A stretch of DNA of 64,000 bases from assembly GCA_965222225.1 (NCBI GenBank), contig CBDCTK010000002.1:3744001-3808000 (forward strand), written 5' to 3'. Below are positions 18,727 through 29,462 of this stretch, one piece after another (position 1 is the first letter of the stretch; each line of letters starts with the position of its first letter). The DNA comes from Candidatus Poribacteria bacterium (GTDB lineage Bacteria > Poribacteria > WGA-4E > JAJDTR01). A program made the position numbers and the translations under genes. A model generated the notes under the pieces. The model made no database searches and was not told where the DNA came from. It saw nothing but the letters and a program-made list of their open reading frames with translations.

Positions 18727-18981
18727 ATTGTTTACCGCCCCATACTCACTCTGATTGTAGTTGCTGAAATCTATCTAATTTACTCCGGGTTGGGTGGTGC
18801 AGGTAGTCTGAAATCAGAACCAGAATACAAAGTCATCAGTGACACCGATCACACAGTCGTAGAGAGTAGTTTGGAAAAGTGGGCGAGAGAGGACTATGAG
18901 TTACTTCAGATTTCTACTTGTTGTACGCACGAAAAAGCGATAACGTATACTATTGTGTTGAAAAAGAAAAGCAACTGGTAG
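18586..18981 (+). CDS. Small membrane-anchored protein with (MMTRFKE)n N-terminus
   Basis: Repeat, TM helix, then a small EYKVI...LEKWAREDYELL domain. Confidence 0.6.
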   Translation: MMTRFKEMMTRFKEMMTRFKEMVTRFKEMVTRFKEMVTRFKEMVTRFIVYRPILTLIVVAEIYLIYSGLGGAGSLKSEPEYKVISDTDHTVVESSLEKWAREDYELLQISTCCTHEKAITYTIVLKKKSNW

Positions 18982-19096
18982 CTAAATCTCACACACGCAG
19001 TGAATGTCAAAAACGCTGTAAATTGCCTCGGATTGGTAAATCGCCTAGAAGGCAGGGTTTGGAAAACCTCTGCGATTTTTACAATAGGGGAAGGCA

Positions 19097-19855
19097 ATGT
19101 TTATAGAATTTGCTTTAATAGCCAAGGAACATACAAGCTGTGTGCAAGAGGCTCTATTTTCTATAGAAAGTTCTCTAGAAAAGATTACTACGAACTACAA
19201 TAAATATGTAAACATCTTCAGAGCAGAATTGATTAGAAGAGCGTTGATTCATGATAATGATAAGTGCGAGGAAGCCGTTATCATTGATGGGCAACAAGTC
19301 CCTTTTCAGTTTGCTGAATACACTGTGGGCTCTGACTATGTCTTTGGTAAAGGAGTTGCGGATGCCGAGTACGGCTCTGAAGAATATCATAAGATCAACA
19401 CCGAGGGGTACGCTGGACTAAACGCTCGAGATAATCACAAAAAAAAGATCAATGACCATCACCCGGAGTACTACAATGACTACAAAACCGACATGAAACT
19501 TCTTCCACTAATTGAAATGGTATGCGATTGGTGGGGCGCTACTGCCTATCCTCATGGAGATCCGAAGCCTAAGTTTCGAACAAATTCAGCCAAGAATATT
19601 TGTCATTATGGTTTTGACGGCTATCAGAAATTCGTAGTAGAACGAACTCGTGATTTCATAGACACTCATGCCAGTGATTTGATTGAAATCATTTACGAAG
19701 GGTGTACGAATTACCATAACGATTCTATCCCACCGTGTACTTCGGACGCCGAAGGTCAATTCTATAGGGAATTGAATGATTTTCTCAAAGAACGAATAGA
19801 TTCACTAGCGCAAGCGAAAGCTAGGCGATGTAAAGCGTGGAGGACTTATGAGTGA
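19097..19855 (+). CDS. DUF5662-like HD-domain protein
   Basis: RRALIHDNDK, H...NDHHPEYY, LIEMVCDWW. Confidence 0.75.
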   Translation: MFIEFALIAKEHTSCVQEALFSIESSLEKITTNYNKYVNIFRAELIRRALIHDNDKCEEAVIIDGQQVPFQFAEYTVGSDYVFGKGVADAEYGSEEYHKINTEGYAGLNARDNHKKKINDHHPEYYNDYKTDMKLLPLIEMVCDWWGATAYPHGDPKPKFRTNSAKNICHYGFDGYQKFVVERTRDFIDTHASDLIEIIYEGCTNYHNDSIPPCTSDAEGQFYRELNDFLKERIDSLAQAKARRCKAWRTYE

Positions 19856-20315
19856 GAACAATGCGAACGGCTCCAAGGATCCAAAGGAGACCGTGAAACT
19901 TGAGGTATACAAAGGACTAATTCAGTACGGCTGTCAGATGTCTCAAGATCATTTAAATTATGATAGAATATTAATGCCTATATCGCTTGTCCCAGCTTAT
20001 TTGGTATTAACCTCATTGGACGTACGAGAGGCCGGCCTTCCAGCCGAATTAATAATATTGTTCGGCGGCTTTCTATTATTAGTTTTTTGGATAATGCGTA
20101 ACATTCGAAGTCGGGCAAGGCTATATGAAACGTGGGACAAAGTATCCTGCCTTGAGGAAGGCTTTGAGGTCCCCGGCATCGGCAAAGTGCTAGATACGAT
20201 AGCCCCCCACTGGGCCCCGAAAGACTTTACACTAAAGATTGTTTTTTTTGTGTTAGCAGTACTGTTATATTTGGCTGTGTTGATCTACGTCATTGTCCGT
20301 GCATGTAAATGCTAA
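19848..20315 (+). CDS. Hypothetical 3-TM membrane protein coupled to the HD gene
   Basis: ATGAGTGA overlap, GGAGG SD, three hydrophobic segments. Confidence 0.7.
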   Translation: MSENNANGSKDPKETVKLEVYKGLIQYGCQMSQDHLNYDRILMPISLVPAYLVLTSLDVREAGLPAELIILFGGFLLLVFWIMRNIRSRARLYETWDKVSCLEEGFEVPGIGKVLDTIAPHWAPKDFTLKIVFFVLAVLLYLAVLIYVIVRACKC

Positions 20316-20588
20316 ATACGGCCGATAAGAGAGAATATCGAAAAAAAGGTGCACCGAAAACCATCTTTCCCCGCACGTGTTTTTCAATTGTCAAATCCTA
20401 CGGGAGTTTAAACCTCCCTGTTCCCGCAAATCAGGTGTGCAGCATACTTGTCCTCGCACGACAGAGACTCATGCCAGTGTGGGTTTCCCTCGATTAACTG
20501 AATTCTTCGAATTGCCTTATGATGTGAATGCTCCTTATCAGGCCATGGTGTCGCAAATTGCGGTTTCTGCTAATCTTGGGATAACGAC

Positions 20589-21341
20589 ATGAGAAAGAAA
20601 GTCAACAAGAGCCTACAACTCGAAAAGTGGCTCCGTCAGATGCAAACAATTGAAATTGAAATTTCGCGCCTGCTTGGTGATGTTGAGGCATTCCGCCGAC
20701 TTAGGCAGATAGTCAATTCAAACCCATGTATCCAAAAACCGCACACGTTCTATAGTTATCTTTATGACTCTTACTTATCTCATGTTCTAATGGGCTTGCG
20801 GCGTCAAGTCAAGCCGAATAAGGATAGCATTTCTCTTGTGGGATTGCTCCAGGAAATTGCTAACTACCCCCAGGAACTCTCGCGAAGCTACTACCGATTG
20901 CTTTGTCATCAACCCGACGCCCCGGATTTTCACGAAATAGAACCTGAGGGTCAGAAGCAACTCACTGACATCGGTATCACTACTTCTTCACAGTTTAGAC
21001 AAGCCATTCCGATCGAGGATGACTTCGTAAAATATGCGAATGCGAGCAAGACTCATGTCTGTCCAGAGATGGTACGACGTGATCTGTGCGATCTCCTAAC
21101 AACCGTAGCAGCGTGTGAAGATTATGCCGATAAGCGCATTGCCCATCGCGATAAGCGAGCCCCGCAATACATACAGACGTTTGAGGATTTAGAGAAGAAC
21201 CTTGACTCAGCACTAGAGTTCCTGCAACAGATGTATGAGAAATATTACCACTTGTTCAATGCTGCTTCAATCACTGTAAAACCTCAAGATCAATCGGACT
21301 GGAAGGACATTTTCAGCGTGCCATGGATTAAGCCCAACTAG
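20589..21341 (+). CDS. HEPN (AbiU2-like) domain protein
   Basis: Helical protein; DSISLVGLL and YADKRIAHRD resemble the HEPN catalytic motif. Confidence 0.65.
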   Translation: MRKKVNKSLQLEKWLRQMQTIEIEISRLLGDVEAFRRLRQIVNSNPCIQKPHTFYSYLYDSYLSHVLMGLRRQVKPNKDSISLVGLLQEIANYPQELSRSYYRLLCHQPDAPDFHEIEPEGQKQLTDIGITTSSQFRQAIPIEDDFVKYANASKTHVCPEMVRRDLCDLLTTVAACEDYADKRIAHRDKRAPQYIQTFEDLEKNLDSALEFLQQMYEKYYHLFNAASITVKPQDQSDWKDIFSVPWIKPN

Positions 21342-21818
21342 GCGTTGTGACGTAATCAGGCAGCGCCTTGTTAGGTGTGACGGTCGTCCCCTTCTACACC
21401 GTGACAAATTCCTACCTGTTAATGCAACGAAATACCCTCGTTCGTATATAACGGAATACTAACCAATGGTGTTGGTTTGAAATTTGGAGGTTAGTGGATA
21501 TAACAACATAATTTGGCATTGCTTGAGGGCGAAATGTGTCATGTTCATGATCCGATTTCCTTGATTCTACCGTTAATTTGAGCGTCAGTAGCTATTGATC
21601 AACAAAAGGCGATCTAGACTCATGACCATAGAAGATTTTACCAAAAAACTGTTATTTTGATGATAATCTCTCACAGCACGGCAAGAACCGTAAACATAAC
21701 CAAGCCAAACTCTAGGGAATCACCATCTATCAAAGAAACGATTAAGCGACGGATTGTGGAGGGAGATAGTAAATCTCGTGACGTACGGCCCTCGCATCAA
21801 CGCAAATCCTATAACTCG

Positions 21819-23024
21819 CTAACCTACCCTCTTCGCCGCATATTTTCGCCACCAATCTCGCCACTGCCCCTCATTCTCTCGGAGGTTAAACACCCAGAAC
21901 AGCCGATTCAGCAACCCTATGAGAGTATCTGCATACGAGTCGGTTTCGCTCAGATCCCGCGGCAAACACTGGGTAGTAGCAGACACCGCCGGTTCCATTG
22001 ATTTCCTCTCCTCTGCAAAGCTGGGGTGTCGATCCTCTGGAAACACGATTTTCTCTCCGTCAACCCGTCGCAACTTCACGGTAATTTCAATGTTACCGAG
22101 GTACTCGCATCTCCGATAAAAATATTCTGCGTTACCGAGGAATTTGCAAACTTTGCTGCCAATGTCTTCGGAATCGAGATACTCTCCTTCGCCCGTATCG
22201 ACATCGCCAAAACTACGAACGCCCCGAAACCGTTCACGCCTCAAACCCGTCCTGTGATATATGATGCCGTACTCATTCAACTCCCAGAAGTCTAAGGAAT
22301 CTCCTGTTTGCATAAAGCACGCCCCACCTGAAACTTTCCTTGTGGTTAAATTGATGTTGGACTCCGTAGACGGAATGAATGGGTGCAATACCATGAATTC
22401 ATAAATCTCGGATGGTGCAATAATTGGACGGGCTGGAAATGCAGGGCGCGCAAACATTGCGAGATTGGGACATTTTGACTGAGAGCCCTGACTCCATTTT
22501 CGTACGCGCTCGTCAATTCGGTCGAGTATCCGCCGGCTGATTCTCTGCGGTTCTTCACGCCGTTTCAGCAGATACTCGACTCTGCCAATGTCCGCGAGTT
22601 CATATGGCTGTGTGATGCTGCCTTCACGGACGTACACTTTCGTGGAGTTCTGAATCGCATGAGGCGCGTGTTGGCTTTCTTCCACCCGCACGACAACGAC
22701 AACCTTGTCCTTTTCCCCTGGCACTTCACGGATGATGACTTCAGGCGTGACTGCCGGATGAATCCCGGTGAGAGCGCTCTGCACAATCCGTTCCTCAATA
22801 CCTCCGTCGTTCTGTATTCCCTGTATAGGAAATTTGACCTTGTTGTTCTGGTCCGTCTCAACACCGATAATGAAGATTCCGCCCTGAGTATTGGCAAAAG
22901 ATGAAATTATCTTGGGTATATGCGCAATTTCGCTTTTGTATTCAACCCGCACACCTTCACCCCATTTACTGCAGAACGACTCGATGTCGTTGAAGTCAAT
23001 CTCACTTGCTAGCTTTGTAAACAT
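21819..23024 (-). CDS. Schlafen/AlbA_2-domain protein with uncharacterised C-terminal domain
   Basis: EGVRVEYKS, ISSFANTQGGIFIIGV, PH...YVREGS; start set at MFTKLASEIDF. Confidence 0.85.
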   Translation of the reverse strand: MFTKLASEIDFNDIESFCSKWGEGVRVEYKSEIAHIPKIISSFANTQGGIFIIGVETDQNNKVKFPIQGIQNDGGIEERIVQSALTGIHPAVTPEVIIREVPGEKDKVVVVVRVEESQHAPHAIQNSTKVYVREGSITQPYELADIGRVEYLLKRREEPQRISRRILDRIDERVRKWSQGSQSKCPNLAMFARPAFPARPIIAPSEIYEFMVLHPFIPSTESNINLTTRKVSGGACFMQTGDSLDFWELNEYGIIYHRTGLRRERFRGVRSFGDVDTGEGEYLDSEDIGSKVCKFLGNAEYFYRRCEYLGNIEITVKLRRVDGEKIVFPEDRHPSFAEERKSMEPAVSATTQCLPRDLSETDSYADTLIGLLNRLFWVFNLRENEGQWRDWWRKYAAKRVG

Positions 23025-23176
23025 TTTTTTCCTATCAAATCGATCCGTGAGACATCCTTTGTGTCGAGTTTTCATAGGTGTCGGGGCGAGATTGGTAGTC
23101 ATCAAACCACCGATGTCCCGTCTTACCACCCGCTAATCACTAATTTTTCAAATCCTTCGCCGAGGTCCACGTCGTA

Positions 23177-24130
23177 TCATGCTGGCGCCAGAAGCTTTCT
23201 GAGATCATCGGAAACTGCAACCATGAGCGTGTGATTCTTGGGATCCCCATGATTCACAATTCTATGAAACTGGGCACTGAGGACAAACCGGTACTCGTGC
23301 TGTCCTTCGTACTTTGTCCTTTTTAAGAATGGCAGAATCTCTTCTGAGTCTGTGCCCGCTACTCTATTCATGGCCATCTCAATTCTCTCTTCCGACAAAT
23401 AAACGACCGGTCCATGACCGGCCGTAATAAGATACTCGCCCAAGCACTCCGACTGTCGTCGCAAGTATGCGGTAATCAAGTGACATCCCGGGGGATCGGA
23501 TCTGAGATTGTTCTCGAAGTCAACTTGTTTGCCTAACTCGTAACCGAGTTGTGTGGCGAAGCAAGATGGGCTTGCAATGCGTGTCCCGAAATCATAATCA
23601 GCCGAAAGACTCTCCCGCTGCAGTTTTCTCTTGTAGCTTGTGTCAGGCGTAATTGAAGTACAATACATAAAGACGTTATCACTAGCCCATCTTATTTTCA
23701 GCTGAATATTATCAGCCACACCGTGAAGAGATGACTTCAGGTGTTTCTTCGTGCTCTCCATTATTGGACTCCCAACCCTTCCCCAATCCAGTTTCTCAGT
23801 GTACGCGCTTTCTCTATCGTCAGCCATTAACTCCGAGTTACCCTTGGAATTGGAAGATTCGAAATACGACGGAGTTCCCAATTGTATATCATCTGTCGGT
23901 GTCGCCGAAACAGGAGAATGCATCTTCCTAGAGTATTTGACTACCCCTTTGAGCTCAGAAGAAGGATAGTTAATTCGGAAGGGCAAGGGGACATTATTCC
24001 AATCCATACGGCGGACTAGCACCGTAAATGACGGCTTTTCAAAGTAAGTTGTCAAGGATTCAATTTTAAATCCAGGCGGCTCCTCCTCCTGCAAAGGTCC
24101 AACATCTAGGTTTAGTTTCCCTTCACTCAT
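23177..24130 (-). CDS. Hypothetical protein
   Basis: 317-aa ORF with AAGGTGG SD; FMYCTS and PFLKRTKYEGQHEYRF motifs. Confidence 0.65.
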   Translation of the reverse strand: MSEGKLNLDVGPLQEEEPPGFKIESLTTYFEKPSFTVLVRRMDWNNVPLPFRINYPSSELKGVVKYSRKMHSPVSATPTDDIQLGTPSYFESSNSKGNSELMADDRESAYTEKLDWGRVGSPIMESTKKHLKSSLHGVADNIQLKIRWASDNVFMYCTSITPDTSYKRKLQRESLSADYDFGTRIASPSCFATQLGYELGKQVDFENNLRSDPPGCHLITAYLRRQSECLGEYLITAGHGPVVYLSEERIEMAMNRVAGTDSEEILPFLKRTKYEGQHEYRFVLSAQFHRIVNHGDPKNHTLMVAVSDDLRKLLAPA

Positions 24131-24210
24131 CCAAATTCCACCTTTGCGTTCCTTCCTTGAAAATCAATAGATAATAGTTGTAGTATGTGCACAGCACTCC
24201 TGTATCTAAA

Positions 24211-24257
24211 AGCCCCAGCGGGGATCAAACGAGTGAACAACGAGGGCGATAGAGTTC
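24211..24257 (+). repeat. GA-hairpin unit following a GCCCCAGCGGG mini-hairpin
   Basis: Same left context as at ~15071 and ~46995. Confidence 0.75.
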
Positions 24258-24449
24258 AGTGCGGCTCGACACATGCCGTCAGAAAGACAGAAAGGAAACA
24301 TATTGGGCATTGGAATTACCATGACTGTGAGTTTAGTTTTAAGGTTGGGTGTGGAACGAAGTGTAACAACATTCGAAATTTAGACCATCATCTTAACCAA
24401 AATTGACGTCGCTCGACTCTGCGGAACTGTCTGAGCCGGAAACACTGTG

Positions 24450-25478
24450 CTAATTAAACGGAATGAAAGTGTTTTTTTCTACCAATTCCTGGCAATTTTC
24501 ATATCTTTGAGATGTTGCTCGGAACTCATTAAAATATCGTTCGTAAATGTGTTTATCATCTTCCTTTGTGCAGGTATAGTGAATTTCCTTGACATCAAAT
24601 GTCTGTCCGCCAAATATTTTATTTAAGTTAAACGCCAGAGAATCTGGACCAACACCCAAAAGTATCAATCTCATTTCCACATTTCGCTGACCACTTCCTG
24701 CCAGATTATTAATTCGTTTTTTTATATCAGCAAATGTAAAATGTTCCTGGGTATCATGGCATGAAATAGCATTGTCTACTCCAACTTTAATATAAGATAC
24801 ATCTAAACTTGCTCCACGTGTCCGGGCGTTTCTAAAGGTTTTGGATGTTGGGTGACAGGACGTTTTCCGACCAATCCTCACCTCATCACTCTCGCACAGG
24901 TATAGTATGCCGTGCGGATGAAAAATGTCGTTCGCGCAGTGTTCAAATTGTTTCCCAAAATCAGAATCAGCTCCGTGTTGTAACCTCCACTGTTTAATTT
25001 CTGATTTAGAGGCGTTCACACATTTGTGTTTGAAGAACTGAACAATTTTGGACAATAGCAGAGTGTCATAGTTGAAGTTGATAAAAACTGTGGGATAATT
25101 GGAGACCTCGTTGGTCAAAAGGATTTCCATATTATTTTGATTAACGAATGTTTCTATCCACTCCGCACTTTCAGCCACTGCCCTTGACTTAAATACTTTT
25201 TTCACCACCTCGAAAATCGCTACCGTGGTTTCGGGAAATACGGCCTCATCGTCTTCGAAATTACTAATCATTTCATCAACAGTTTCAAATGTTTTGCCCG
25301 GTCCAATCTGCTCCAATTCGTCTAAGAAGCGGTTTGACGCACCAGGAGAGAATCCACTCAGCCCGTTTTTCTTTATGTCTTCTATTAGAAGCTCCCGCAA
25401 TTCACGTCACACCGGCAATCCGTAATCTACCGATGCCCCTGCTCCTAAGACGAATACGTTGACATACTTGGTACTCAT
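24450..25478 (-). pseudogene. SIR2-like (SIR2_2) protein with in-frame TGA at codon 24
   Basis: MSTKYVNVFVLGAGASVDYGLPV*RELR..., INFNYD, HPHG; TGA at 25407-25409. Confidence 0.8.
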
Positions 25479-25934
25479 AGGTGTATTTATGCTTGGATAT
25501 CAATAGATGTTGACTTGAATCGCCAACTCGCCAGAGCCCCCTCACTAATCCGAGTCGGTTCCACACTCACATACACAGTCTGCTCACATGCCATCACAAG
25601 GACATGTGGATAATCAGCCCCGCGATCGTTACCGGTATAGTCTCTCACCATCATTTCATGAATCATCATCACTGTCAAGTATAAGTGCTTCGGAGTCGAA
25701 CTGTGTAAATCTAGAAAAACCCCTGTTTTTGCGCCACCTTCGCTCCTATTTAGTGCTATAATCCCCATAAAGCCGCACCAATCCTGCTGAATAGTTACTT
25801 GATGCCATTGGTGCGATTCTTCTGAATCGCCGCATTGAAGGAAAGAAGAAATGTCTGGAAAAACCCAAGAAAAGAACCTATAATTCGTTGGCCCTGCTTG
25901 AAATCTATTGCTGGATCGCTTATGATATTTATGT

Positions 25935-26490
25935 AATGATAGGGCGCAAGAAACACAATCATCCAGGGCAGGGCAAGGCCAGTCGCAAGAGCTTGTCCAT
26001 CGTCCAGCTAGTCAGAATGTTCCCTGACGACAAAGCATCCGAACACGAGCTATCGCTGCCGCAAGTTCTTCTCGGTGCGCGCCGGCACCGTCATGCAGAA
26101 CCCGAACTTGAGCACTCAGAAGTGGGTAATTGAAGCCTACATGCTGAGAACGAATCTTGGGACAGACTCCAGCATGAAGATGCACAGGGATCTAGATATT
26201 ACACAGAAATCGGCGTGGCACTTGGCGCATCGCATCCGCGAGACTAGGAATCGGGCGAGGGATTGTTTGGCGGCCCCGTCAAGATTGACGAGACCTACAT
26301 CGGTGGCAAGCGGAAGAACAAACCGAACCATGTCTACAAGGAATTGACAGGTTGCGGCCAAGGTCGTAGTGTTAACCACCAAGAAAACCTTACAAGTGTT
26401 CGTGAAGGACTACGCAGAACTGAGAGCGACTGTCTATACGGACGAGGCCGTAACGCACTCCGTCAGTGAGTACATTCGCGGTCATGCGCA
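25935..26490 (+). pseudogene. Degraded IS1595-family transposase
   Basis: Fragments in shifting frames: MFPDDKAS, SSMKMHRDLDITQKSAWHLAHRIRE, GPVKIDETYIGG, VYTDE. Confidence 0.85.
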
Positions 26491-26524
26491 ACAACCTTAA
26501 GTCGGGTAGAAGGACTATGACAGC

Positions 26525-29350
26525 ATGAGTGGCCCGCGCAACACGGAACCGCAAGCGAACGGTGCGCTTGCCCGTGCGCTGAGACGACAGAATCCCGACT
26601 GGAGCGACAGTACTGTCCACGCCGAGCGGACCCACGTAATTCACCAAGCCGAGTCCGGCATGGGAATGAGGCCCGATATTCTCGTCGCACCTCCTCGCCG
26701 TCAGCCGGTGATCGTGGAGACGGAGTTCGCCCCTGCCCGGACGGTCGAGCAGGATGCGATCACGCGGCTGGGGGCGCGTTTGCACAGCACGGGGGAGGAA
26801 ATTGAGGGCGTGCTGTCGGTCGTCTTGCCGGAAAGCCTAAGGACAGGCGACCTTGAAACCGTTCGCACGGCCACGTTTCGATATGCCACGCACTACCTGA
26901 ACGCCGAGGGTGAGAGCATCCGCTGGCCGTCAGAACAGCAGTGGCTTGAAGGGGGTGTGGGCGATCTCGCGGATGCCATCGAGTGGCTGTCGCTTTCGGA
27001 ACGTCAACTCGCACGAGGGACGGAAGCCCTCGAACAAGTGGTACGGCAAGCGGCGGGACTACTGGCCAGGTCTGCCAGAGAAGGTTCCCTAGCAAGGGTC
27101 GCCAGAGACTTGCACCAGAGCCCGGGAGAGCAAACCGACCGCATGGCTGCGGCCATCTGCGTCTCGGCCTTCGTGTTTCACGCAGCGATCGAAGATCAGG
27201 ATAACATCCCGCCCGTCCCCCTAGCGGGATCGATTGACAGAAGAACGCTTGTCAACACGTGGAACGAAATCCTCGCGGTGAACTACTGGCCGATCTTTAG
27301 CATCGCCCGCGATGTCGTAATGGACTTGCCGGTCATGGTCGTGCCTCCGGTCATGGACCGCATCGCGGCGTCGATCTCCGACCTGGCGCAGTTAGGTGCG
27401 ACGACCTATCACGACCTCACCGGCAGAATGTTCCAAACCCTAATCACCGATCGCAAATTCCTCGCAACCTACTATACATTGCCCGAGTCCGCTTGCTTGC
27501 TCGCGGAACTCGCTGTCGAGCGGCTGGAGGTGGACTGGTCAGACCGGGCCGCGATCGAAAGACTTCGGATTGCGGACTTCGCTTGCGGCACCGGAGCCTT
27601 GCTCTCGGCAGCGCAGCGAGCAATTTATCGGCGTTGCCGCAGGACCGGCGACAATGACAGGGACTTGCACCGGGCCGTGATGGAGGGAGTATTGACCGGG
27701 CTGGATATCATGCCCGCCGCAACACATCTGACCTGCTCCATGCTGTCCAGTTCCCATCCCTCGCGGGCCTACGGCGAGTCCCATATTCACACGATGCCGT
27801 ATGGCATGGACGACGACGGGACGCACATCGGCGCGCTCGACCTTCTCGATTCCGCGCCTGCCTATTCCCTGTTCCCTACGGGTGAGTCCATAGGTGGCAC
27901 GCAATCGGACAGTCACAGCGTGCACTCCGTCAGGATTGAGGATAACTCATGCGATTTGGTCATCATGAATCCCCCGTTCACGCGACCCACAAACCACGAA
28001 GCAAGCCACGCCGATATACCGGTTCCGTCGTTCGCAGGCTTCAACACTTCGCACGACGAGCAGCAGGCGATGAGACAAAAACTCAAGAAAACGGCGGGCT
28101 TGTTCAGCAGCGGAAACGCTGGCCTCGCGTCCAACTTCATGGACCTCGGGCACAGCAAGCTGAGAGACGGCGGCGTGCTCGCCTTGGTTATTCCCTTCGC
28201 GTTTGTCCGAGGCAAGTCGTGGAACCGTGCGCGAAAAGCACTGCACGCTAATTACAGCGACGTTCATGTCACGTCCATTGCTGCTAGTGGTTCGACGACA
28301 CGGGCATTCTCCGCGGACACCGGCATGGCCGACTGCCTTGTCGTGGCAACCAAGCGCGCAGGTGGCAATCCCCGAGCCAGGTTCTCCAATCTGACGGCGA
28401 GGCCCTCGACGCTCCTGGAGGCTGCTGTGGGAGCGAAGAAAGCAAGGGGAAAGGCTGTTTTGGGCGACATCCTCAACGCGGGCACAGCAGGCGTTCGGTC
28501 CATGAGCCTCATTGAGGCAGCCCGCTCCTTAGAGGCGAGGAAGCTCCGATTGCCGCGGCAGGTGGAAGCGGTCAACCTGCCCATGGTGACACTCGGCACC
28601 GTAGCGGCGCGGGGCCTTGTTGATCGAGACATCAACGGCGGTCCCACGGATCGCGACAATACCGGCCCACCGCGAGGGCCTTTCAAAAAGCGTCCCATCC
28701 GATCGGGCGAGGTGCCGACGTATCCAATGCTCTGGGCGCATTCCGCTGATCGTGAGCGGAAGTTCGTGGTGTTGCCCGACTCCTGCGGAGATCCGCGTCT
28801 GGACGACGAAGCGCGAGCGGCCCAGCGTTGGAGTTCCGCGGCTTCCCGCCTCCACGCGAACCGAGATTTTCAACTAAACTCCCAGAGCCTTTCCATGTGT
28901 GTCACGCCGGACAAGTGCCTCGGCGGAACCGCATGGCCGAATGTCATTCCGGCCGACGAGCGTCACGAGATCCCGCTGCTGTTGTGGTGCAATTCCACGT
29001 TGGGCCTGCTGATGTACTGGTGGAAGGGCACGCGCCAACAGTCGGGGCGTGCACGTATTACGATCACCGCTATTCCCGACCTTCCCGTGCTCGACCCCCG
29101 CACCTTGACCAACAACCAGGTGGATCACTGCCACGCGGTCTTCGAAGACTTCGCGGCCAGATCGCTTCTGCCCGCGAACGAGGCGTACCGAGACGAAACA
29201 CGCAAGGCACTCGACCGCGCGCTGCTGTTCGGAATCACGAGCGTGCTGCAACTCGACCCGGGACTGGAGGAAGGATTGGAGCTGCTGCGGAAGCAGTGGT
29301 GCGCCGAGCCGTCCGTCCATGGCGGGAAAGCTAACCGAATCGACGCATGA
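26525..29350 (+). CDS. Type IIG/IIL-like fused restriction-modification enzyme (N6-adenine MTase)
   Basis: N-terminal RPDILV...VETEF nuclease-like motif, YYT, DFACGTG (motif I), MNPPF (motif IV), C-terminal TRD-like region. Confidence 0.8.
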   Translation: MSGPRNTEPQANGALARALRRQNPDWSDSTVHAERTHVIHQAESGMGMRPDILVAPPRRQPVIVETEFAPARTVEQDAITRLGARLHSTGEEIEGVLSVVLPESLRTGDLETVRTATFRYATHYLNAEGESIRWPSEQQWLEGGVGDLADAIEWLSLSERQLARGTEALEQVVRQAAGLLARSAREGSLARVARDLHQSPGEQTDRMAAAICVSAFVFHAAIEDQDNIPPVPLAGSIDRRTLVNTWNEILAVNYWPIFSIARDVVMDLPVMVVPPVMDRIAASISDLAQLGATTYHDLTGRMFQTLITDRKFLATYYTLPESACLLAELAVERLEVDWSDRAAIERLRIADFACGTGALLSAAQRAIYRRCRRTGDNDRDLHRAVMEGVLTGLDIMPAATHLTCSMLSSSHPSRAYGESHIHTMPYGMDDDGTHIGALDLLDSAPAYSLFPTGESIGGTQSDSHSVHSVRIEDNSCDLVIMNPPFTRPTNHEASHADIPVPSFAGFNTSHDEQQAMRQKLKKTAGLFSSGNAGLASNFMDLGHSKLRDGGVLALVIPFAFVRGKSWNRARKALHANYSDVHVTSIAASGSTTRAFSADTGMADCLVVATKRAGGNPRARFSNLTARPSTLLEAAVGAKKARGKAVLGDILNAGTAGVRSMSLIEAARSLEARKLRLPRQVEAVNLPMVTLGTVAARGLVDRDINGGPTDRDNTGPPRGPFKKRPIRSGEVPTYPMLWAHSADRERKFVVLPDSCGDPRLDDEARAAQRWSSAASRLHANRDFQLNSQSLSMCVTPDKCLGGTAWPNVIPADERHEIPLLLWCNSTLGLLMYWWKGTRQQSGRARITITAIPDLPVLDPRTLTNNQVDHCHAVFEDFAARSLLPANEAYRDETRKALDRALLFGITSVLQLDPGLEEGLELLRKQWCAEPSVHGGKANRIDA

Positions 29351-29462
29351 ACGATCCCAATTGTGCTATGAGGGACACAGTGAAGAATCAAGCGGAGAAG
29401 CCAAAGCGCGAGAACGACGGGGCTATATCAGGCAAACGGGACGAATAACCAAGCGCCTGTAG

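Noticed and set aside
25407-25409. TGA recoding (Trp or Sec)
   Set aside because: TGA terminates conserved genes here (rpmI, pheS, nuoB, nuoC); no Cys/Sec context
28828-29334. Long alternative-frame and antisense ORFs over GC-rich genes (also in pheT, YibE/F, terL, nuo)
   Set aside because: Shadow ORFs of well-supported genes, with no motifs or RBS
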